From the NCBI GenBank assembly GCA_032718475.1, contig JAUCBJ010003679.1, forward strand, positions 1-63,111: a stretch of 63,111 bases of DNA, written 5' to 3'. This DNA is from Nemertoderma westbladi (Eukaryota; Animalia; Xenacoelomorpha). Positions within the stretch are counted from its first letter, which is position 1; each line of letters opens with the position of its first letter. The notes under the pieces are model-generated. The model made no database searches. It had not been told where the DNA came from and saw nothing but the letters and a program-made list of their open reading frames with translations. Of this stretch, positions 12,641 through 26,200 are shown piece after piece. The position numbers and the translations under genes were made by a program.

Positions 12641-12830
12641 AGGAGATGGTGCATGAAGTTCAGGGGGGTCACTTAATTCGTAAACGGTAGGAGGTGGTGC
12701 ATGAAGTACAGGGAGTGAAATTGTTCGCGAAACGGTAGGTGGTGGCGCATGCAGTTCAGGGGGTGACATAGTTCGTAAATGGTATCAGATGGTGCAAGCA
12801 GTACAGGGAGTGCGATTGTAAGTAAAAAAG
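12635..12830. repeat. Degenerate 48-bp tandem repeat, about 4 copies
   Basis: ACGGTAGG..TGGTGCATG(A/C)AGT(T/A)CAGGG units. On the minus strand it reads as Pro-rich 16-aa repeats (PELHAPPPTV), adjacent to the gag remnant. Confidence 0.6.
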
Positions 12831-13009
12831 CAGGAAATTGAATATGCAGTATGTGGTGGTAGCTTGCAATAGAGGCCAAACTATCTCCACTTCAAAATTA
12901 GAATAGATATACTGCCTTCAGTGCTGCTCCAACCTCTAATATGCCCTCTCGAGAGCCCCCTGTCCATCACTATTGAAATACCCACTCTCTGGGGGATGTT
13001 TTCAAAAAT

Positions 13010-13940
13010 TTGCTCGAACAATATATTTCGGGATATGGTGACAATGAATCTCATTATTTAGTTGTAAATGTAATTGATTATGAAATAAAGAAGTATAAAA
13101 AACTATTTAGACGCTTAGAGCAGTTATTAAAATTAGAACCAAAATATCCAATAGATAATATCAAAGTTGAATTGAAAGATGTAGAAGATGGTGTTGAAGG
13201 CATATGCAAATTTATTTATATATTTATGGACACAATGGACCAAAATTTAAATGATATCAAGAAAGAAATCACAAATAAAATGCTTTACAATAAGTTTCAA
13301 AAAAGTTTTTGACTTCAACATTGACCTTAAACAAAAGATAGCAGAATTTGAAAATTTGAACATATGTAAGGCAAGAGATGAAGTTAGATTGATGATTGCT
13401 GAAGGATTTCTGAAAAAGGAGATTCAGAGAATAGAGAAAATTACAAAGGGGGACTCAATGTTTCCCCAAATTAAAAATGAAGAAGAAGAAAGGCCAGTAA
13501 TAGCGAGGGTGTTATTCAATTCGGACGTTGATTCTAAAAAGAAAGTTATCTTACTGAGTGATGACATTCCTTTTCCTGGCCAAGGGAAGAAGTATGTCAT
13601 TGCGAAGGTGCGATTAGTCTGGGATGGTATGAGGTTGGTGGAAGACACAGATGCAAGTAGATTTGTGGAACGCCACGAAGGGATATTATACACAATCGGC
13701 GGTAGAAATTATTGTCTTGTTGATCGCAAAGATGATGATTACGTTTACCTACCAAAACACATCGATGGTCGCACGGATGTTATGGCGCCTTCAGCTTCAA
13801 TATTCGATTACATATTGCTGCGACAAAGTAAACCACCAGGGGAGACAATTGTTACAAAATTAATAACAGAGGAAGAGTTAGAGAAGTTTGAAGAACCGGC
13901 TTTTCGAGTGAGAGATGAAAAACGGTGCCATATAATATAA
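13010..13940 (+). pseudogene. Orphan ORF-B, copy 1 (frameshifted near 13305), ends in CaaX CHII
   Basis: Overlapping ORFs 13010-13312 and 13251-13940 together match the single 319-aa ORF at 36111-37070. Confidence 0.65.
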
Positions 13941-14824
13941 GAATAATCAGATAACTGCACAGCCATTACATATAGTGAATAATGAAAAGCTGTGCAATGT
14001 GTTGTATAAATCAAAATACATTTTATATCTCATTTAGTGAAATGCCAGGTACCTGAATATAGACACTAACTCACAAAGGACTTTTCTAGACTGCTGAGTA
14101 GTCTTTGATCCACCACAGCATCCAAGACAACCATTTATCATCTGATGGTTGTATTGCTATCCCCTAACTGGTTGTATATACGGACGGTGTTTAGCAGAAG
14201 GGTATTAACCCACATTACCACCATTTTGAGAAAAATGACCTAAAGTTTCAGTGCTCTAAGAAAATACCAGAATGTTTTATAACAAGTTATGGTGTTTTAT
14301 TTGATAACTGACCCTTAAATCTACTTAATGCAGAAAAAATTTAAAAAAAAAGTTGTTTGTTGTAAAATTATACAACATTTTCTGGGTAAGTACATTTCTG
14401 CAAAAAAAGAGTTTTGACATTATTTATTTTTGCAGAAATGTAATTATCAACGGGTTGTATACTGTGTATAGGCCTAACATAATATATTTTTAAAAGCCAA
14501 TAACACGCTATTGTACAAAGGTAGTCTATAATGATACATGTTAAATGGAATGATAAATGAGATTACCAATACCCGATAAACTTAGAAAAATAAACTGTCA
14601 TGGTGGCCGGATCTCTATCACAATAAGCAACAACCCGATGCTGCGATCAAACTGATTCAAACAACTAATCTAGCTCTTGCATTTTCTATCTCTAAAATTT
14701 AATGATAGAAAGTAATAAAGGTCAACGAAAAATTATTCTACTTTCCTGCGCCGTTTTCTGAAAATTTAATTGAAAAAAATACACACTCACACTGGCGCAA
14801 GAAGTCGAGGAAATACAGCCAAGC

Positions 14825-16310
14825 TAACTTATCTAGTCTTTTCTGATGACGTAGCAGTTAGGGATCGTACGGTACTACCGATACTACCGCAAATGCCAAC
14901 TACTGCGGTATTTGCCGTAGTTGGTTTTTAGTTTTTTCTATTTACCGTAGGCAAATTTCCAGTTGGGGTGCTGTTTCTGCCTGCCCATTGAATTTATGTT
15001 AAATTGATAATTGCAAAAATAAGTACCTAAGAAATAAAACTTTTACTATAAACTGTGTTCCTAAATTAAGTTGAAGTTCATATCAATCATTCATATGTCA
15101 TAACAGGCTGAAACAGCAGCAATAGTAATAGTCAAATTATTTGAAATCGTCAAATAATTTTCTAAAATAATAATCCTGATTTCGTATAACTATGCAGCTA
15201 TGAAATTAATAAGATATCAATTTTTTATTATACGAAAAAATTACAAAACTTTTTCGCATCATATCGCATTTTCTTAAAATCACATTAATATCACATGTTT
15301 CCTTTTTTATACCTTCAAAAATCAGCATATGTGCAAAATAACGTTCATCCATCATTACAGCAGTTACAGATTATATATGAAAAATTGTTTCTCATTGTAG
15401 CGTATTTTCTGTCAACAAAAACAAAAAGAAATTAAAATTTATTAATTCAAGAAAACAATTTACCAAAAATAAACGCCACAATTTTTAAAAAAAAGTCCTC
15501 AAAAAGTGAGCACCTAACTTCATTAATCCAGCGAAATTTTTTGCTGCCGCGGTAAATACCGCTACCACAACGCCATACCGTTACAGCTACCGCTACCGCG
15601 AAAATTTACTACCGTACGATCCCTGGAGCAGTACTCTAAGAATCACTAGAGGGAGCGCCGGCTACCCAGCTCATTAGAACAGGCTGATTCAAGTGTTGGT
15701 CTTTTAGTTAATCCCAAGAAGACCAAAATTCTGACAGTTAACTTCAACAGTCCTCAGTAAATGTCTGATCATATGAGAAGAAGCTCAATTTTTTTCATAT
15801 TTACGTAAAAAGCTGCATTTGAAAAAATTTATTGCATTTATATTTATCCAGAGAGTCCAACATAGAGTTAGGTAGGGGTTGGTTAGCTAGCTTGTTTTTC
15901 GGCTGTAGTTCCAGAATGCAAATTAGCTAAACCGATCATCAAATGCATTCTGACGTCTATCCAAAAATACTAGTCCCATTAATTTACCGAAGGTATTGCG
16001 CTTAACGCCGCCAGAGCTCGTACTACAAAGGTTGGTGTTCTTCAGTATGTGAATGACTTCTGCTACTTTGGATTATTGATTCTGAAGTCAGATGATGACC
16101 CTCAAATACGTAAGGGAAGCACATGGGCAGCATTGAATGGGCTGCTCAGGATTTTTAAGTCACATAGAATGCATTCGAATCTTCAGGTTGAATAATTTAG
16201 AGTTAGAGCAGTAGTAGACCAGTTCTCTTAAATTGGAGCTCAAGCTGGCCTCTTACTGTTGAAGTGCCGAGGAGACCAAATCTCTTGAGACACATACCAG
16301 AATGATACCC
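14825..16310 (+). mobile_element. Degenerate RTE-clade LINE RT fragment, split by a MITE
   Basis: FSDDVAVL|ESLEGA...VGLLVNPKKTKILTVN and DFCYFG...WAALNG. Homologous in inverted orientation to 17720-18640. Confidence 0.7.
14859..15625. mobile_element. hAT-like MITE inserted in the RTE fragment
   Basis: TIR TAGGGATCGTACGGTA ... TACCGTACGATCCCTG. Imperfect 8-bp TSD GTAGCAGT / G-AGCAGT. Subterminal TACCGC repeats. Confidence 0.75.
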
Positions 16311-17315
16311 ACGCAGAGAGGGTTAATTGTGTCAAGTCAAGTACAATGCACACATCTCCAACCAGACAATATAGAATATTTGAACTATTCAGATACTAAT
16401 ATTTCAACTACTACTACTAGTAGTCCCCTCACTACGACAGTCCCCTCAAGGTTGCCCGCCAAGGAAGCAATATCTGCAATATTACAGATACTGCTTGCTA
16501 ACTGTAATGTACATTATTTATAACAATCGGTTAGCAGTAAAGGCCTTTTAAAAATTAATTTGATATTCAATTAAATGCAATTGTATGGTGGCACTGAAAG
16601 GCCTTGATCGCTTCGGAACTACAGTACTGAATATATTATCTGATGATGAGCCTAAATACTGTAATCCTGTATCTGCATTCTATAGTAATTCTATGGAGAA
16701 CAATAGTCTACGCCACTAAACTACGTTCTATTTTTGTTGATCGCTAATTCTGTCTATAAGGAAAAGGTTTAAAAACAGTGGTTGTGTCATCTTGCATTTT
16801 TATTGGGAATGTAATGATCGTAGGACAAAATAATATCTGAATATTATACTGTCGGACTATAGATCGGATACTGAATCTGAATATTTTCTAAAGTAAAGAG
16901 CTTACTAAGGCTGCAATGTCTGAATTTAATGAAAGGGCTGAATTCTGAATGAAAGAGTAGGAAAGCAGAAAAGGTAGAAAAGGTAATAACCAAATTTGTG
17001 GGGGAAATGTTACAGTTAATTAAATAGAATACAGAATGAATCGGATAGTCTGATATTTGCCTTTTATATACTGTCTGAATCTGAATCCTGATTGGTTACT
17101 CTATTCTGAGAAATTTATTTTGAATTGGCATTTCGCCGATGACAGGCCAATATTTTGCTTAAATAGAATATTTAGACCAAAAAAGTTCTTAAAGTTAAAT
17201 AAATAAAAGGTGTTACCGCAGACCTACTTTGCTGTGTAAGCCAAGCAGCAAAATACATTTATTTATAGAAATATTTTTCTATCCGAACTGAAATAGTGAA
17301 TGATCCGATTTAAAC

Positions 17316-17558
17316 GGGTGAGTACAAAACAAAGACCAAAGACTCAAGACCCGCAAAGACCTGCATAATCTTGTAACATGTGTTAACTTCCGTTTATTGT
17401 TTTGGTATACGCCTCTGTAACCTGCTTCATTACTAGCCAGCTCCTTTAAATGGCAATGGGACCTAACGCTCTTTGGGACCTAACGCGACTTTACCTCTTT
17501 GTTTTGTACAGAACGCATTAAAAGACTTGGGTCTTTGGTCCTTGTTTTATACACACCC
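17316..17558. mobile_element. MITE family copy 1 (about 240 bp)
   Basis: TIR GGGTGAGTACAAAACAAAGACC ... GGTCCTTGTTTTATACACACCC. Second copy at 20611-20833. Confidence 0.75.
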
Positions 17559-17719
17559 CGATTTGAACAGCCTTTCAGCGACACAGTTGTTCTTTCAAGG
17601 TATATTATAGACATACTACTTAAACTAGTCCTATTGTAGTTATGTATACCAAGGATTTAGATTCAATGGTTACATCGCATCAGAGAGTACAACAGGTCAT
17701 AGAGTATAAAAATGGAAAA

Positions 17720-18640
17720 ACTCCCTATCACCCATGACATTTGCTATATCATCCGCATCTTAAAGGCCAGTGTCCTTTAGATGCTTCGCAAGAAAGTCAT
17801 GGGCTGTCTACCATGCTTATTCACTCCATGAGTCCGCCAAAGCACAAGATTATGCACTGGCTGGGAGGTGCTGGCTGGCGAAAGCAACGTCCTGCAAGAC
17901 GGAAGCGGCTTTGTTCTAGTGTCAAGCTTGGGGGAACCAATGAGACACCTCCAATGTTATATAGTGTCTGGTTGGAGACGTGTGCATTGTACTTGACACA
18001 GTGAACCCGGCGTAGCATTCTTGTGAATGTGCCATCCAGAGATTTGGTGTCCTCGGCAGTTAGTGCCCAGCATGGACTCCCATAGAGGAGTACTGGAACT
18101 ACTGCTGCTCTAAATAATCGGACCTTAAGTTTCCGATGAATTCTGTGTGATTTCCAAATCCTGGAAATCCCTTTCAAGGCTGCCCATTCCTTTCCCATAC
18201 TTATTCGAAGGTCCTCACCTGACTTCCGGATCCATGATCCCATGCAACAGAAGTCGTCCTCAAGCTCAAGCATACCATCTTTTGAGCTTATGCTCATCCG
18301 GTAAGAGATTTGCTGATGACTTACACAAAGTTAACTGTCAAAATTTGGGTCTTTTTGAAGTAACTAAAAGACCAACACTAGAAGCAGCCTCTTCTAATGA
18401 GATGAGGAGCCGTTGGGCTCCCTCTAGTGATTCTGAGAGTACTCCTAAGTCATCAGCAAAGTCTACTTGTTTACTTGGCAGGATTTCCTCGACTTCTGGA
18501 GGCAGTAGATGGAGTTACCATCATCCCATCACCATTACGATGATCTAAGGACATGCGTAGAACATAGTCAACCACAATTATGAATAAGAATGGTGCAAGT
18601 GCGTCTCCCTCCATAACACTCCGAATGGTTCTGTTTCACC
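17720..18640 (-). mobile_element. RTE-clade LINE 3' fragment (RT end and thumb), degenerate
   Basis: GDALAPFLFIIVVDYVL, DFADD, LKVRLFRAAVVPVLLYG, LDGTFTRMLRR, RFRLAGRCFR. Confidence 0.82.
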
Positions 18641-18883
18641 GTCACCGGTTAGCGGGTTGATATTATTAGACACAATCACCAGTTAAATATATAAATTTAA
18701 TTGTGTGTGATGCGGCAGATAATAGTTATGTTTCATTCCACAACTTTATTGCACAATGGGTAATAATTCATTAATCATCTAAATTGAAACATGGCAGTAA
18801 CAGCCCTTGCACTGTTGAGTTCTCCCATATTTATCATTTGCATTCTTTAGACAATCAAATAGTAGATATTACTTTCTAGACCA

Positions 18884-20344
18884 ACATGCGACATTGATTC
18901 ATGCGGTAGTTAATAGTTTGACAGAAACATTCGACATTGATTCATGCGGTAGTTAATAGTTCGACAGAAACATGCGACATTGATTCATGCGGTAGTTAAT
19001 AGTTCGACATAAACATGCGACATTGATTCATGTGGTAGTTAATAGTTCGACAGAAACATGCGACATTGATTCATGCGGTAGTTAATAGTTCGACAGAAAC
19101 ATGCGACATTGATTCATGCGGTAGTTAATAGTTCGACAGAAACATGCGACATTGATTCATGCGGTAGTTAATAGTTAGACAGAAACATGCGACATTGATT
19201 CATGCGGTAGTTAATAGTTCGACAGAAACATGCGACATTGATTCATGCGGTGGTTAATAGTTCGACAGAAACATGCGACATTGATTCTTGTGGTAGTTAA
19301 TAGTTCGACAGAAACATGCGACATTGATTCATGCGGTAGTTAATAGTTCGACAGAAACATGCGACATTGATTCATGCGGTAGTTAATAGTTCGACAGAAA
19401 CATGCGACATTGATTCATGCGGTAGTTAATAGTTCGACAGAAACATGCGACATTGATTCATGTGGTAGTTAATAGTTTGACAGAAACATGCGACATTGAT
19501 TCATGCGGTAGTTAATAGTTCGACAGAAACATGCGACATTGATTCATGCGGTAGTTAATAGTTCGACAGAAACATGCGACATTGATTCATAAGGTAGTTA
19601 ATAGTTCGACAGAAACATGCGACATTGATTCATGCGGTAGTTAATAGTTCGACAGAAACATGCGACAGTGATTCATGCGGTAGTTAATAGTTAGACAGAA
19701 ACATGCGACATTGATTCATGCGGTAGTTAATAGTTCGACAGAAACATGCGACATTGATTCATGTGGTCGTTAATAGTTCGACAGAAACATGCGACATTGA
19801 TTCATGCGGTAGTTAATAGTTCGACAGAAACATGCGACATTGATTCATGCGGTAGTTAATAGTTCGACAGAAACATGCGACATTGATTCATGTGGTAGTT
19901 AATAGTTCGACAGAAACATGCGACATTGATTCATGCGGTAGTTAATAGTTCGACAGAAACATGCGACATTGATTCATGCGGTAGTTAATAGTTCGACAGA
20001 AACATGCGATATTGATTCATGCGGTAGTTAATAGTTCGACAGAAACATGCGACATTGATTCATGTGGTAGTTAATAGTTTGACAGAAACATGCGACATTG
20101 ATTCATGCGGTAGTTAATAGTTCGACAGAAACATGCGAATTGATTCATGCGGTAGTTAATAGTTCGACAGAAACATGCGACATTGATTCATGCGGTAGTT
20201 AATAGTTCGACAGAAACATGCGACATTGATTCATGCGGTAGTTAATAGTTCGACAGAAACATGCGACATTGATTCATGCGGTAGTTAATAGTTCGACAGA
20301 AACATGCGACATTGATTCATGCGGTAGTTAATAGTTCGACAGAA
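18884..20344. repeat. 43-bp minisatellite, about 34 copies
   Basis: Unit ACATGCGACATTGATTCATGCGGTAGTTAATAGTTCGACAGAA, head-to-tail, no spacers. Confidence 0.97.
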
Positions 20345-20530
20345 GTATTGTGACAGTGTGCGACATTATTGCGGCGGTGTACTGAAGTATTGCAGTAGTG
20401 TGTGACATTATTGCGGCGGTGTACTGAATTATTGCGGTAGTGCGTGACATTATTGCGGCGGTGTACTGAATTATTGCGGTAGTGCGTGACATTATTGCGG
20501 CGGTGTACTGAAGTATTATGTTAGTGCGTG
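20345..20530. repeat. 42-bp tandem repeat, about 4 copies
   Basis: Unit similar to GTATTGCGGTAGTGCGTGACATTATTGCGGCGGTGTACTGAA, abutting the 43-bp array. Confidence 0.9.
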
Positions 20531-20610
20531 AGCGTGACCGCGTGTTTTGAGGTGAACATAATTACGTAGCTGCGACCCGATTGTTCTCCCCAACCCTGTA
20601 CAACGCAAGG

Positions 20611-20833
20611 GGGTGAGTACTAAAAGCCCAAAGACCCAATTATAAAGACCTACAAAATCTTGTCACGTGTGTTAACTTTCGTTTATTGTTTGGTTCCCCC
20701 AACACGCCTCTGTAACCTGATCCTTTACTAACCTGCTCCTTTAAATGGCAATCAATGGGACCTAACGCGACTTTACCTCTTCGCTTTGTATAGAACGGGC
20801 AGTAAAGACTGGGTCTTTGTTTTGTACTCACCC
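20611..20833. mobile_element. MITE family copy 2
   Basis: TIR GGGTGAGTAC ... GTACTCACCC. Internal sequence matches 17316-17558. Confidence 0.75.
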
Positions 20834-21174
20834 GACTTGGCCCAGCCCCAGCAAATTTGGCCTTTAATCTTTTTTCCTATACTGGTAGTGGTAACTGGTC
20901 TGGGCCTGGGGATGACTGTAAATGAAATAAATGTATATACATAATAATGTAATAAATATAAATATATAATAGTAATATGGCAGAAATCAAGGCATTTACA
21001 GTAGAGTATGCATTTGCAATATTGCTATTAAAAATAAAAACCAACACCAGTAGTGTCCTGAATATAATTATAGTCACAAGACGTTTCTATAATACATTAC
21101 AGTATCACATAACCATCATCAGTGCGATCAACTCACTGTACCAGGCGGCCAACCAACAGTACCGGTATTACAGT

Positions 21175-22422
21175 TTGTAGGTCCTATGGGTTCTAGGTCA
21201 TATGGGTTGTAGTTGTAGGTCATATGGGTTGTAGGTCATATGGGTTCTAGGTCATATGGGTTGTAGGTCCTATGGGTTGTAGGTCATATGGGTTGTAGGT
21301 CCTATGGGTTGTAGGTACTGTGGGTTGTATGTCCTATGGGTTGTAGGTCATATGGGTTGTAGGTCATATGGGTTGTAGGTCATATGGGTTGTAGGTCATA
21401 TGGGTTGTAGGTCATATGGGTTGTAGGTCATATGGGTTGTAGGTCATATGGGTTGTAGGTCATATGGGTTCTAGGTCATATGGGTTGTAGGTCCTTTGGG
21501 TTGTAGGTCATATGGGTTGTAGGTCATATGGGTTCTAGGTCATATTGGTTGTAGGTCATATGGGTTGTAGGTCATATGGGTTCTAGGTCATATGGGTTGT
21601 AGGTCCTATGGGTTGTAGGTCATATGGGTTGTAGGTACTGTGGGTTGTAGGTCCTATGGGTTGTAGGTCATATGGGTTGTAGGTCATATGGGTTGTAAGG
21701 TCATATGGGTTGTAGGTCATATGGGTTGTACAGTACAGTAGGTACTGTGGGTTGTAGGTCCTATGGGTTGTAGGTCATATGGGTTGTAGGTCCTATGGGT
21801 TGTATAGGTCATATGGGTTGTAGGTCATATGGGTTGTAGGTCCTACGGGTTGCAGCTCATATGGGTTGTAGATCCTATGGGTTGTAGGTCATATAGGTTG
21901 TAGGTCCTATGGGTTGTAGGTACTGTCGATTGTAGGTCCTATGGGTTGTAGTGTAGGTCCTATGGGTTGTAGGTCCTATGGGTTTTAGCTTTTAGGTCCT
22001 ACTGTATGGGTTGTAGGTCCTATGGGTTGTAGGTACTGTGGGGTTGTAGGTCCTATGGGTTGTAGTGTAGGTCCTATGGGTTGTAGGTCCTATGGGTTTT
22101 AGCTTTTAGGTCCTACTGTATGGGTTGTAGGTCCTATGGGTTGTAGGTACTGTGGGGTTGTAGGTCCTATGGGTTGTAGTGTAAAGGTCCTATGGGTTTT
22201 AGCTTTTAGGTCCTACTGTATGGGTTGTAGGTCCTATGGGTTGTAGGTACTGTGTATTGTAGGTCCTATGGGTTGTAGTGTAGGTCCTATGGGTTGTAGT
22301 GTAGGTCCTATGGGTTGTAGTGTAGGTCCTATGGGTTGTAGTGTAGGTCCTATGGGTTGTAGTGTAGGTCCTATGGGTTTTAGCTTTTAGGTCCTACTTT
22401 ATGGGTTGTAGTTACTGTGGGT
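21175..22422. repeat. 16-bp minisatellite with derived variants
   Basis: Unit AGGTC(A/C)TATGGGTTGT. Variant units carry CTGTA, GTGTA or TTTAGC insertions. Confidence 0.95.
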
Positions 22423-23284
22423 GTATCCCAATACCTAAACCCCGTCTGTCAGTCACGAAACCGCAGTGTCCGCTAACTGCAGAGCCACAATATTCGGCAT
22501 TGCTATTTAGAGATAACGAAGACGCGAGTAATACCGTCATTTTAAATGACAAATATTTCGGTACAAAGAACTACTGTCCACCGATTCTTCGCCTAGCTTA
22601 GTGAACAGCACATTAGGCTACCGTAACCTTAATGTAAGTAAGGTAACCATTCCGATATCCGCACAGATCATGTAACGCAATTCCCATTGAGCTCTATAGC
22701 CAGAATCTTTTTGCTTAAGAAACCTATCGAATTGCCATGGCGACACCACTAGACACCACTATCTGTAGGCCAATCACATTATCATGGCTTTGAGGAACAG
22801 CACTTATTTTAACAAGCCGGGCAATTAAATTTAAATCGGAAGTTATTTTGATAAATTATGGCTAATTTTGGGAAGGGCTTTTGGAATGGGAATTTATTAT
22901 TTAATACAGTTGAATATTTGGCTGATTTTAAGTTCATTAAATGCATTATTGCATTGTTGCCCAGATACGTATGGAATAAACAAAATGTTCTAGAATATGG
23001 TATCTGTACATTTATTACATACTGTAGAATAAATGGCCTGCAGGGGGAAGCAAATGCATGCAACATTCAAATGCCCATATCTCAGCTATTTCCCAACCAA
23101 ATTCAAATGTTTTTACATATTTGGAATCCTTGCATGAGCAGCTTGCTTGGTACCATCAAATCACAATAAGGTTTTAGAATGATTGCACTGTGACCTGTGA
23201 AATATCGCCAGAGACCCCTTTTTCAAACACTGTAGCTAAAGATTGAAAGCAAAAATCAAAATTCTGTAAGTACTTCTACGTAGT

Positions 23285-26200
23285 CGCCGCTCTGGATCAA
23301 CCCACCGCCGTCTACTGGACATACCGCCCCGCCTTCCGAAGGGAAATACGAATCCCTCAAGGCTCGACTCCTCGGAACTTTTGCCTTGAGTCGACGCGAG
23401 CGCGCCGCGAAGATGCTGCGGATGCGGGGGCTGGGCGACCACAAGCCATCCCAGTTGATGGACGAGATGTTGGGGCTCCTCGCCGGCCATACTCCGTGTC
23501 TGCTATTCGAGCAGCTCTTTCTGGAGCAGCTCCCCGAGGACATCCGGCTCCGGGTCTCCAACAACTCTTTCGCGGATCTATGCGCCCTGGCTGCCACCGC
23601 CGACGTTCTGTGGCTGGCCAAACAGCAGGGAGTCTCCCAACCAGCCGGATTAAACCGGGTGACGAACTCACTGCCAACAAAGAACTCCTCCGCGCCGCAG
23701 GCCACGAAGGCGACCACGAACTCATCCGGAACTGCTCAACCCGACACCGACGGGTTGTGCTACTACACGCCCGGTTTGGTAGTGCCGCCAAGCAGTGCCG
23801 GTCGCCGTGCAGCTTCCCGGGAAACGCTCCGACCAGCCGACGTTAGCCGCTATGTCGACTGGTCGCTACCACCAGCGGGACAACCTCCTCTACCTCTGGG
23901 ACCGAAACTCCGGCCGCCACTTCCTCGTGGAGACCGGCGCCCAGGTGAGCGTGTTTCCCGCCAGCGGATTCGACACCCGTTCCGGTCGTACCGGACCGCT
24001 GCTCTGCGCCGTCAACGGATCACCGATCCGTTCCTATGGAACCCGCGGAGTTCCTCTGCGGTTCAACGGCCACCAGTTCAACTGGGACTTCGTGATCGCG
24101 GACGTCCTCCAGCCGTTGCTAGGGGCGGACTTCCTCTGCGACCACGCCCTGATGGTGGACGTCAAGGGGCAGCAACTCATCGACATAGAAACCTTCCAGC
24201 CGATCCCCCTCCGTTGCTCCTCCCCCACCATCCCAGGAACCCACCCTCAACTCGCGTCGACAGCCGTAGATCAAGTCTACGTCGACCTCCTGGCGGAGTT
24301 CTCCTCCATCACGACGCCGACCTTCTCGGACTCGTCTGCTCGCCACGGCGTGGAGCATTACATCCCAACCGCCGGTCGCCCCGTCCACGCCCGCGCTCGA
24401 CGACTCCCGCCGGATAAACTCGAGATCGCGCGGGCAGAGTCCCTGGTCGTCTCCCCTCCATATGGCGCCCAAGCCGGCTGGGGGTTGGCGCCCCTGCGGG
24501 GACTACCGTCTCCTCAACGACGCCACGACCCCCGATCGCTACCCAGTCCCGCACATCCAGGACTTCTCGGCGCGTCTCGCCGGGGCCACGATCTTCTCTA
24601 AGGTCGACCTGGTGCGGGGCTACCACCAGATCCCCGTGGCCCCCGGCGACGTTCCCAAGACCGCCGTTATCACTCTGTTCGGACTCTTTGAGTTTGTCCG
24701 GATGCCGTTCGGCCTCAAAAACGCCGCCCAGGCCTTCCAACGCCTGATGGACTACGTCTGCGCTGGGTTGGACTTCCTCTTCGCGTACCTGGACGACATT
24801 CTCATCGCCAGTGCGACCCCCGAGGAACACCGAGTTCGGGGTGGCGGAGATCCAGTTCCTCGGACACATCGTCAACGAGTCCGGAGTCCATCCGCCCCCG
24901 GACAAGGTGGAAGCTGTCCGCTCCTTCCCTCGTCCAACCACCACTAAAGGGTTGCGGGAATTTATCGGTATGGTAACGTTTTACCACCGATTTATTCCCG
25001 CAGCTGCTGCCACCATGCAGCCCCTTTACACCGCCGCCGCCACCAAGGTTAAGGACGTCGACTGGACTCCCGAACTCACCGCCGCGTTCGAGTCCTCCAA
25101 GCGGGCCATCACGGACGCCACCATGCTCGTCCACCCCCGCCACGATGCTCCAACTTCCCTCACCACCGACACCTCCGACTCCGCAGTCGGCGCGGCCCTC
25201 GAGCAGTGGTCCGATGGGAAGTGGCGGCCGCTCGCCTTCTTCAACCGCCAACTCCGCCCTCCAGAACGGAAGTACAGCACCTACGACCGCGAACACCTCG
25301 GCCTGTACCTCGCGGTCCGCCACTTCCAGTATTTCCTAGAGGGCCGTCCGTTTGTGGCCTATACGGAACACAAACCGCTGACCCACGCGTTTGCCAAGGT
25401 CACTGACCCCTGGTCTCCCCGTCAACAGCGCCACCTGGCGTACATATCTGAGTTCACTACCAATGTACGTCATGTTGATGGGAAGGACAACCAGGTGGCA
25501 GACGCCCTCTCCCGCAGCTTCGTGGGCCACCTGTCGACCCAACTCGGGGTTGACTACACCGCCATGGCGGCCGCCCAGCGGGAGGACAACAAACTCCAGA
25601 CCCTCCGGAGGAACCCAGATAACCTTGACCTGCGTGACGTCACGTTCACGGAGGATGACGTCACGCTTCTCTGCGACATCTCGACTGGCCAACCCCGGCC
25701 GCTCATCCCGAGTTCGTGGCACTGTCGCGTGTTCGACATAGTCCACTCCCTGTCCCATCCGTCCATCCGCTCAACTCGGAAGCTCATCTCGGAGCGCTTT
25801 GTCTGGCATGGCCTCGCCAAACAGGTACCCGCCTGGGCCAAGGCCTGCGTCGCCTGCCAGACCTCCAAGGTTCAGCACCATACGAAGGCTGCACTGGAGA
25901 CCTTCACTGTCCCACGTCGTCGCTTCGACCACGTTAACGTCGACCTGGTAGGTCCCCTCCCTCCATCCCAAGGGTTCACCTACCTCTTCACCATCGTCGA
26001 CCGGACGACGCGTTGGCCCGAGGCCATTCCGCTCGCCGACTCAACAACCGAGACCTGCGCCCGTGCTCTCGTCGCCCACTGGATCGCCCGGTTCGGCGTC
26101 CTGGCCGAACTCTCCTCCGACCGTGGCGCCCAGTTCACCTCGGAGTTGTGGTCCGAAGTCAACCGCCTCCTCGGGACGAAACTCCACCGGACCACGTCGT

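Noticed and set aside
18884-20344. CRISPR-like appearance of the 43-bp array (and of the 40- and 59-bp arrays)
   Set aside because: Units are head-to-tail with no unique spacers, there are no cas genes, and the context is eukaryotic.
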